From: Bacteroidia bacterium
GTDB lineage: Bacteria > Bacteroidota > Bacteroidia > SpSt-205
Assembly: GCA_025059535.1 (NCBI GenBank)
Contig: JANXCX010000006.1
Span: 10,913 to 74,912, forward strand
Direction of reading: 5' to 3'
Length of the DNA stretch: 64,000 nt
Shown here: positions 57,746-64,000 of the stretch, piece after piece
Layout: each line of letters starts with the position of its first letter
Numbering within the stretch: the stretch's first letter is position 1
Translations under genes and position numbers: made by a program
Notes under the pieces: generated by a model
The model's database searches: none
What the model was told of the DNA's origin: nothing
Seen by the model: the letters and a program-made list of their open reading frames with translations, nothing else

Positions 57746-60535
57746 ATGCAGGCTGTTTTGCTAGATAGTCTTATTCGGACCCTAGCCTATTTTGTTCTGC
57801 ATGGCAGCTTTTCAGCTAAAGAAGAAGTAGTTTTACGCCAGCTTCTTTTAGAGCTTGGGGTAGACCCGCAGCAGGAGCTGGGCCGGCTCCAGCAGTATTT
57901 AGCCAATCCTTCGCAGCTGCGACCGGAGTTGCTTCTACGCTCCATAAGTCAGCAGCTACCCCGCTCCTCCCGCTATCTTCTATATGCCTATGTCCTTCAG
58001 CTGGCTCATGCCGACCGCGTCTTTCAGCCCGAGGAGGAGGATTTCCTCAATCAGATGCGGAAGGAGTTTGAGATTTCTGAGGCGGAGAGCTGGCTCATAA
58101 TGCAATTTGCCCAGAGTAGCCGGATACGGAGTATAGACTCCCCTCAGCTTCTCATCGTAGGGGCGCCGGATAAGGAGGTGGCTCCTTCGGTACGTCACTT
58201 GCCCTTAGCCATACCAGGGTATGTGGCTTTTTTACACCTACCTTCGGTCAATCTGATTCTGATGCGCCTAGTGGGGCGTAATTTAGAAGCGCATCTAAAT
58301 GGGCAGTGGATTCATGGTGATGTCATACGGGTGTTTTCGGAGGGGGCCCTGCTTCGCCTGCGCGGCTACACGCTCACTTATAAGGAGGTATTAGAGCAGT
58401 TTCAGCCTGCGCCCTTTACCCAGCGCCTTCTGTGGGAAGTGCGGCGCGTTAGCTACAAGTTCAAAAGCGGCCAGGTAGCCATCCAGCCGCTAAGCTTTGA
58501 GGTCACCCAAGGGCGTCTCGTAGGGATCATGGGGCCAAGCGGGGCAGGTAAAAGTACGCTTTTGCGCCTGCTAAGCGGGCAGTTACAACCCACAAGCGGC
58601 CGCGTGTATCTCAATACCAAAGATATCCACGCCGACCCCCAGGCGATTCAAGGCCTTTTGGGCTTTGTACCTCAGGAGGACCTTCTTATTGAGGAGCTGA
58701 CCGTATGGGAAAATGTGTATTATGCGGCTCGGCTGGCTTATAAAACCGATGCTGAGGCTCGCGCCGCCACGGATAAAACGCTAAAAGAATTGGGCTTGAC
58801 TAAAGTGGCGCACCTACCGGTGGGCTCACCGCTCCATCCTACCATCAGCGGCGGGCAGCGCAAGCGCGTAAATATCGCCCTAGAGGTAGTGCGTCAGCCG
58901 CTGGTGCTTTTCGTGGATGAGCCTACCTCGGGCCTTTCCTCTTCCGATGCGCTGCAGGTAGTGGAGCTTCTTCAAGCTCTCGCCCGAGAGGGCCGAATCG
59001 TCTTTTTCACCCTGCACCAGCCCTCCTCCGAGATATACAAGAAGTTAGACTACCTGCTTTTTCTGGATGAGGGGGGTTATGCCATTTACTGGGGCTCACC
59101 GATTGCGGCCCTTCAGCACTTTCGGCGCGCCGCCGGCCTGGCTGAAAGCGAGCAGGTAGAATGCCCAAGCTGCCGGCGCGTAGAGCCTGAGTCCCTTTTT
59201 GATATTATCCAGGCCCGTCAGATTGATGAGCAGGGGGAGGCCCTTCTGCAGCGCAGTACCCCACCCGAACGCTGGTACGAAATTTTCTGGCGCAATTACA
59301 CCCCGCCGAAGACGCGCGTGGAAGTACCAGCCCTTCAGCCTCAGCCGCCGGCTTCCATCCTCCGCCAATGGCTCGTGCTGACGCTTCGGGAAGGGCTGCG
59401 CAAATGGCGCACCCGCATCGCTACATTAGCGCTCCTTCTGGCCGCACCGCTCTTGGGCCTTATCGTAGGCACCGTGCTCCGCTACCACCCCCCTCAAAGT
59501 AGCTACACGCTATACGAAAACGATAACCTTCCCACCGCCTTCTTCACTAACATCCTGGCTATGATCTTTTTGGGGATGTTGGCTTCGGCGGAAGAGCTTC
59601 TGCGCGACCGTAAGATTCGCCTGCGCGAGGCTTTCTTACACCTCAGCTGGAGCAGCTACCTCCACGCCAAGCTCTTCTGGACTATCCTCTTCTCCGCCGC
59701 TCAGGTAACCCTCTACTGGGGCACCGTGGCTTTCCTTCTCCAAATTCCCACGCTCTGGCTAGAAACCTGGACCATACTTTTTGTAGTTACGCTGCTCAGC
59801 AACCTTCTGGCGCTCAATCTCTCGGATGCCTTTACGCACCCCGTGCCCGTGTATGTGCTCATACCTATCCTGATTATTCCTCAGCTCGTTCTGAGTGGGG
59901 CGGTAATTCCCTTTGACCGCTTCAATCCTCTTCTGCGCAGCGAAGCCCCTGTCCCCTTCTTAGCGGGCTTTTCCTTTACGCGCTGGGCCTATGAGGCTCA
60001 GGTAGTGCTGTATTTTACCCGAAATCCCTATCAGGCGGCGTTATATCCGACCCAAGCCTACCAATCCCTTTTACGCTACCATCTACGCCACGAACTGCCA
60101 ACGCGGCAGACCCAAGGCGACACTACGGAGTACCTGCAGAAGTGGGGAAAGCCCACTCTGGCAGCGTTGGAAAGCTTTTTGCGTCAGGAGCTTCAGAAAA
60201 CTACCCAGCGTCTCCTCCTTCAGGAAAGTCGGATGCCGCCAGAGCTGCGCCTGCGCTACCACAACGAGGCTTTGGAAAAAACTGCCCTTAATGTGCAGGG
60301 TACCCAGAAGCTCCTCTACCACAAGGGCCGCTATATCCGCCTATATGAGCCGGCCTATCTTACCGCCCCTCAAGAAGGCCCTTATCCTTTCTTTGTAGCG
60401 GCAAAGTGCCTTGGAGGCACCTGCTGGCCCACTCCTACCTACAACCTCTTTATCCTTATAGGCATGGGGGTAGGGCTCTGGCTGCTTCTCGTTACGCGTA
60501 CCCTAAACCATTTGTTCTTAAAGGGAAAGCCTTGA
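57746..60535 (+). CDS. Fused ABC transporter ATP-binding / ABC-2 permease protein with a ~240-aa N-terminal extension
   Basis: GPSGAGKSTLL Walker A, ISGGQRKRV signature, and 6 C-terminal TM helices. 929 aa. Confidence 0.75.
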   Translation: MQAVLLDSLIRTLAYFVLHGSFSAKEEVVLRQLLLELGVDPQQELGRLQQYLANPSQLRPELLLRSISQQLPRSSRYLLYAYVLQLAHADRVFQPEEEDFLNQMRKEFEISEAESWLIMQFAQSSRIRSIDSPQLLIVGAPDKEVAPSVRHLPLAIPGYVAFLHLPSVNLILMRLVGRNLEAHLNGQWIHGDVIRVFSEGALLRLRGYTLTYKEVLEQFQPAPFTQRLLWEVRRVSYKFKSGQVAIQPLSFEVTQGRLVGIMGPSGAGKSTLLRLLSGQLQPTSGRVYLNTKDIHADPQAIQGLLGFVPQEDLLIEELTVWENVYYAARLAYKTDAEARAATDKTLKELGLTKVAHLPVGSPLHPTISGGQRKRVNIALEVVRQPLVLFVDEPTSGLSSSDALQVVELLQALAREGRIVFFTLHQPSSEIYKKLDYLLFLDEGGYAIYWGSPIAALQHFRRAAGLAESEQVECPSCRRVEPESLFDIIQARQIDEQGEALLQRSTPPERWYEIFWRNYTPPKTRVEVPALQPQPPASILRQWLVLTLREGLRKWRTRIATLALLLAAPLLGLIVGTVLRYHPPQSSYTLYENDNLPTAFFTNILAMIFLGMLASAEELLRDRKIRLREAFLHLSWSSYLHAKLFWTILFSAAQVTLYWGTVAFLLQIPTLWLETWTILFVVTLLSNLLALNLSDAFTHPVPVYVLIPILIIPQLVLSGAVIPFDRFNPLLRSEAPVPFLAGFSFTRWAYEAQVVLYFTRNPYQAALYPTQAYQSLLRYHLRHELPTRQTQGDTTEYLQKWGKPTLAALESFLRQELQKTTQRLLLQESRMPPELRLRYHNEALEKTALNVQGTQKLLYHKGRYIRLYEPAYLTAPQEGPYPFFVAAKCLGGTCWPTPTYNLFILIGMGVGLWLLLVTRTLNHLFLKGKP

Positions 60536-60538
60536 TGA

Positions 60539-61513
60539 ATGGCCCTCATCACTTCATCGCCGGCTACCTTGCGTAGCCTTCAAGAGAGCCTCCCCGAGTG
60601 GCAGGTTTTTGAGGCATTTTATCAGCGTCTCCTTCAGACGGGCGTATATAGGGACAATTGGCTTTTGGCCAAACTGGGGGGCTTTCTACTGCGGCGCAGC
60701 GGCAAGCGCCTGCGTCCTCTTCTCCTACTTTATATAGCCAAGGCCTGCGGGGAAATTACGGAAGCCACTTATGTGGCTGCCTGCCTAATAGAGATTTTGC
60801 ATAACGCTACGCTTATTCACGACGATGTAGTGGATGACTCGGAGTACCGGCGCGGCTTTTTTTCCATGCGCGCCCTATGGGGGAATCGCATTGCGGTACT
60901 CTTTGGGGATTGGCTTTTGGCTCAGGGACTTATAACGGCCCTTCGCTATCAGCAGCCGCAGCTGCTTCAGTACGCCTCCGAAGCCGTAGAGGCGCTAGCG
61001 GAGGGTGAGCTGCTCCAACTCAAGCGGATGCGGGAAGCCAGCCAGCAGCTGGACTCCTACTTCAAGGTTATCCAGAAAAAAACGGCTGCCCTTTTCCAGG
61101 CGGCATGCAAAATGGGGGCTTGGAGCGTGGGGGCCTCCGAAGCGCTTATTGAGCGCGCCGGAGCTATCGGCCAAGAGCTAGGAATTGCCTTCCAAATTCG
61201 GGATGATCTACTGGACTGGCAGACCACCGAGCGCACGGGCAAGCCCGTAGATGCCGACCGCCGGCAAAAACGCTTTACCCTACCCCTGCTGTGGGCTTTC
61301 CAACAGGCCACACCCCCTCAGCGAAAAGTACTTTTACAGGGCTCCTTCCGAGAAAGCAAAGCCCTTTTAGAAGCTATGGGAGCTTTTGCCTATGCCGAAG
61401 CCCTGATTGAAGCCCAAACCCAAAAGGCCCAGCGCCTGGCCGAGGCACTTCCCTACGCCCAAAATCTACCCCTTACACAGCTTTTCCACCTCCTCCTCAA
61501 AGGCAGCGGCTGA
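60539..61513 (+). CDS. Polyprenyl synthetase family protein (trans-isoprenyl diphosphate synthase)
   Basis: LIHDDVVDDSEYRRG (first DDxxD) and FQIRDDLLD (second). 324 aa. Confidence 0.8.
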   Translation: MALITSSPATLRSLQESLPEWQVFEAFYQRLLQTGVYRDNWLLAKLGGFLLRRSGKRLRPLLLLYIAKACGEITEATYVAACLIEILHNATLIHDDVVDDSEYRRGFFSMRALWGNRIAVLFGDWLLAQGLITALRYQQPQLLQYASEAVEALAEGELLQLKRMREASQQLDSYFKVIQKKTAALFQAACKMGAWSVGASEALIERAGAIGQELGIAFQIRDDLLDWQTTERTGKPVDADRRQKRFTLPLLWAFQQATPPQRKVLLQGSFRESKALLEAMGAFAYAEALIEAQTQKAQRLAEALPYAQNLPLTQLFHLLLKGSG

Positions 61514-61518
61514 AAAGT

Positions 61519-61526
61519 TATCTTTG
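61519..61526 (+). promoter_or_regulatory. -7 box TATCTTTG, 6 nt upstream of the PhoH ATG at 61533
   Basis: TATCTTTGtcccgaATG. Lies inside the 3' end of the upstream gene. Confidence 0.4.
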
Positions 61527-61532
61527 TCCCGA

Positions 61533-62495
61533 ATGGAAGTAGTGGAGAAGGAGATTTTACTGGAAAATGTGGATTTGCTAGGCTTCTACGGTGTGGGCAA
61601 CGAAAACCTTCAACTTCTGCGCAGCGCTTATCCGGACGTACGGCTAATTGCGCGCGGCAGTAGCATTAAGGCGCAGGGGGATCCCGCCACGCTGGCGCGC
61701 GTGGGCGCTATCATTGAAGCGATGATTCAAGAAGTGCGCAAGCATGGCCACTTACCCTCTGAACGGGTGCGCCAAATTCTCCTCAGGATGCAGGAAAGCG
61801 CGGCTTTGCCTCTGCCGGAGCGTGGCCCTTCCATTTTGCGTACGGTTTCAGGTCAGGTCGTAATGCCGCGCACGGAAGGCCAGCGCCTACTGGCTCAAGC
61901 TATTGAAACCCACGACATTACCTTTGCCATAGGCCCAGCCGGTACGGGCAAGACCTACCTCGCCGTGGCCTACGCCGTGCGTGCCTTGAAGGAGCGACAG
62001 ATTCGGAAGATCGTCCTCACGCGGCCAGCCGTAGAGGCTGGCGAAAGTTTGGGCTTCCTCCCTGGCAGTGTGCAGGAAAAAACCGCGCCCTACCTCCGCC
62101 CGCTCTACGACTCTTTAGAAGAGATGCTCTCAGCCGAAAAGCTCGCCCAGCTTATGGAGCAGAATGTAATTGAGATTGCCCCACTGGCCTATATGCGCGG
62201 CCGCACCCTCAACCACGCCTTCATTATCCTGGATGAGGCACAAAATGCCACCCGCCTGCAAATGAAAATGTTTCTCACACGTTTTGGCCATCACTCTAAA
62301 ATCGTCATCACGGGCGACCTAAGTCAAATAGATTTGCCCCGACCGGAAAGCTCGGGCCTTCTGCATGCTATCCAGCTCTTAGAGGGCACCCCAGGTATTG
62401 CCGTCGTGCGCCTTTCGGAAAGCGATATCGTACGCCATCCCCTCGTAACTACTATTGTGCGCCTCTACGAAGAAGATGCGCAGCGTCACCGATAG
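61533..62495 (+). CDS. phoH: PhoH family ATPase
   Basis: GPAGTGKTYLAVAYAV Walker A and PhoH C-terminal region. Start moved from 61407 to remove a 107-nt overlap and match the -7 box. Confidence 0.85.
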   Translation: MEVVEKEILLENVDLLGFYGVGNENLQLLRSAYPDVRLIARGSSIKAQGDPATLARVGAIIEAMIQEVRKHGHLPSERVRQILLRMQESAALPLPERGPSILRTVSGQVVMPRTEGQRLLAQAIETHDITFAIGPAGTGKTYLAVAYAVRALKERQIRKIVLTRPAVEAGESLGFLPGSVQEKTAPYLRPLYDSLEEMLSAEKLAQLMEQNVIEIAPLAYMRGRTLNHAFIILDEAQNATRLQMKMFLTRFGHHSKIVITGDLSQIDLPRPESSGLLHAIQLLEGTPGIAVVRLSESDIVRHPLVTTIVRLYEEDAQRHR

Positions 62496-63267
62496 CCTAG
62501 GCCGAACGCTCCTTGTGCCAGAGGCCCCCCAGCGTATCCTCTGCCTATGCCCCTCCCTTACCGAGACGCTTTTCGCCTTAGGCCTAGAGGGGAAAATTGT
62601 GGGCCGCACGCGCTACTGCATCCATCCAGCCGATAAGGTGCGGCATTTACCCGTCGTAGGTGGCACAAAAAAAATTGACCTTGGGCTGGTACGCGAGCTG
62701 GCGCCGGACCTCATCATCGCCGAAAAGGAAGAAAACACCAAGGCAGATGTAGAAGCCCTTTCGGCGATAGCCCCAGTTTTTGTAACAAATGTAGAAAACT
62801 ACGAGGATGCCTTGCAGGCCATCCGACAGCTGGGCGATCTTACCGGCGCATGCTCAGAAGCCGAAGCGCTCGTAGAAGGGATTGAGCGGGCTTTTGCTCA
62901 GGTGTCTCCTCTCCCACAGCCTCGGCGTGTGCTATATCTGATTTGGCGGGAGCCCTTCATGGCTGCAGGCCAAAATACCTACATCAATAGCCTGCTGGAA
63001 CGGCTCAACCTCGTAAATGAAGCCCTTTTCTTAGAAGGCCGCTACCCCATAATAGAGGAGCCTAGCCGCCTTCATCCGCATTTTATTTTTCTTAGCTCGG
63101 AGCCTTACCCTTTTAGCGAGAAGCATATCCCGGAGGTGCAGCGCCTTTGGCCGCATGCTTTGATTCACCTCGTACGGGGAGACTACTTCAGCTGGTATGG
63201 CGTGCGGATGCTAGAAGCGGCGCCGTACTTCCGGCAGCTGGTAGAACGCCTGGCTAAGAGCGAATAG
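62476..63267 (+). CDS. ABC transporter periplasmic substrate-binding protein (cobalamin / iron-siderophore class, BtuF-like)
   Basis: RILCLCPSLTETLFALGL...KIVGRT and DLIIAEKEEN pattern of helical-backbone binding proteins. Confidence 0.6.
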   Translation: MRSVTDSLGRTLLVPEAPQRILCLCPSLTETLFALGLEGKIVGRTRYCIHPADKVRHLPVVGGTKKIDLGLVRELAPDLIIAEKEENTKADVEALSAIAPVFVTNVENYEDALQAIRQLGDLTGACSEAEALVEGIERAFAQVSPLPQPRRVLYLIWREPFMAAGQNTYINSLLERLNLVNEALFLEGRYPIIEEPSRLHPHFIFLSSEPYPFSEKHIPEVQRLWPHALIHLVRGDYFSWYGVRMLEAAPYFRQLVERLAKSE

Positions 63268-63547
63268 TTTCCTTGTAGCGCGTAAGCTGGCGCCGCACAG
63301 CCGCTAAAGCCGCATCAAACGCCTCCTGAAAGTTAGAGGCCCGCTCCTCCGCTACGAGAGTCTCGCCGGGCACATGCACGCGCAGACGTACCTGATGCGT
63401 AGCACCTTTTACGCCCAGCTCTTGAAGGAAAATATCGCTATTCACAATAAAGGCGAAATCCGACAGAAGGCGCTTCATGCGCCCTTCTACATATTCGGTG
63501 AAAGTTGGACTTAAGGGAATAGTACCAGCATGCAGTTCGTAGCGCAT
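63254..63547 (-). CDS. hpf: Ribosome hibernation promoting factor (HPF/RaiA, short form)
   Basis: 97 aa sigma-54 modulation protein / S30EA pattern (...ITDAMKEY-like TFTEYVEGRMKRL...VRLRVHVPGETLVAEERASNFQEAFDAAL). Confidence 0.75.
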   Translation of the reverse strand: MRYELHAGTIPLSPTFTEYVEGRMKRLLSDFAFIVNSDIFLQELGVKGATHQVRLRVHVPGETLVAEERASNFQEAFDAALAAVRRQLTRYKETIRS

Positions 63548-63555
63548 ACCAAGGG

Positions 63556-63563
63556 CAAATATA
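63556..63563 (-). promoter_or_regulatory. -7 box TATATTTG, 8 nt upstream of the hpf ATG
   Basis: Minus strand reads TATATTTGCCCTTGGTATG. Identical to the DUF2795 upstream 19-mer. Confidence 0.45.
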
Positions 63564-63635
63564 GCTTTTTGTCTAATATAAACCTTTCAAAAGGCGACTT
63601 GGGTAGGCATAAAGTCCGTGGGGCTGAAGAGGTAG

Positions 63636-63971
63636 CTACTTGATTAGCGCAGCAAGCCCGAGAAGCCCCCACCCTAAGAAAAGGCATATACCGCCAGCTG
63701 GGGCTACAAGCGTGGCGCGCGTGAGTCCAGCTAAGTGACTCAGATAAATACTGCCTCCAAAAAGCCCCCCTCCTACGAGGAAGCTGGCTATAATCAGGTA
63801 CCGAAAGGATAGAGGCTTTTCCTGGCTTAGCCAGAGTAAGATAGGGGCGTGCGTAAGAAATATAAAGGCGGCCTGATTCAAGGCGGGGATGGGGCGTACG
63901 TGCGCATAAAGTGTAGCACCCAGCAGGCCTAAAAGCCCCCACAAGGCGGCTATACCCTGCAGCCATCTCAT
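63636..63971 (-). CDS. DUF423 family membrane protein
   Basis: 111 aa with 4 TM helices (FLVGGGLFGGSIYL pattern). Confidence 0.55.
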   Translation of the reverse strand: MRWLQGIAALWGLLGLLGATLYAHVRPIPALNQAAFIFLTHAPILLWLSQEKPLSFRYLIIASFLVGGGLFGGSIYLSHLAGLTRATLVAPAGGICLFLGWGLLGLAALIK

Positions 63972-64000
63972 GCCGACGCAGCCTCGGAATCGGCTAAAAC

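Noticed and set aside
1-64000. CRISPR arrays, rRNA, IS elements or integrases, prophage, and toxin-antitoxin or restriction-modification genes
   Set aside because: There are no regularly spaced direct repeats, no transposase/integrase/recombinase-like ORFs, and no recognisable defence-gene motifs. Apart from the AsmA repeat the window is uniformly GC-rich coding DNA.

Overview
This 64 kb window looks like a GC-rich (~58-60% by eye) Bacteroidota chromosome segment; the T9SS C-terminal sorting domain, GWxTD, DUF4249 and DUF2480 proteins and the TAnnTTTG -7 promoter boxes all point that way. It is densely packed: roughly 58 protein genes, mostly housekeeping, plus one tRNA-His(GTG). I found no CRISPR array, no rRNA, no transposase or integrase, and no obvious toxin-antitoxin or defence operon.

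The main housekeeping genes are valS, carB, lepA, ychF, folC, lptB, a RelA/SpoT-family gene, ribosomal protein L31, hpf, phoH and a Ppx/GppA-family phosphatase. Iron-related genes include an ExbD-TonB-ferritin-Smr operon, an FTR1 permease, a Fur-family regulator and a B12/iron-siderophore-type ABC substrate-binding protein. Envelope and surface genes include a T9SS-sorted protein, a GWxTD protein, an AsmA-family protein, a rhomboid protease and glycosyltransferases.

The window reads as core chromosome rather than an accessory island. I did not find a novel defence-type system, and the items below are the best candidates for a second look:
1. Many genes have a Bacteroidetes-type -7 box (TAnnTTTG) only 3-8 nt upstream of the start codon, which implies leaderless mRNAs. 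Several ORF-track starts were corrected on this basis.
2. An identical 19-nt promoter/start cassette sits in front of hpf and a DUF2795 gene 57 kb apart.
3. tRNA-His is overlapped by the stop of the upstream CDS and abuts the start codon of the downstream CDS.
4. A translationally coupled AsmA - ABM monooxygenase - radical SAM/SPASM operon, with a 45-bp tandem charged repeat in the AsmA C-terminal tail.
5. A minus-strand operon (GT2, lepA, TerB-like, ppx, two W-rich divergent M16-like proteins), with an internal promoter before lepA.
6. Two small, highly basic ORFs.
7. A PPTase - LytTR regulator - secreted nuclease operon next to AT-rich pockets and the tRNA.
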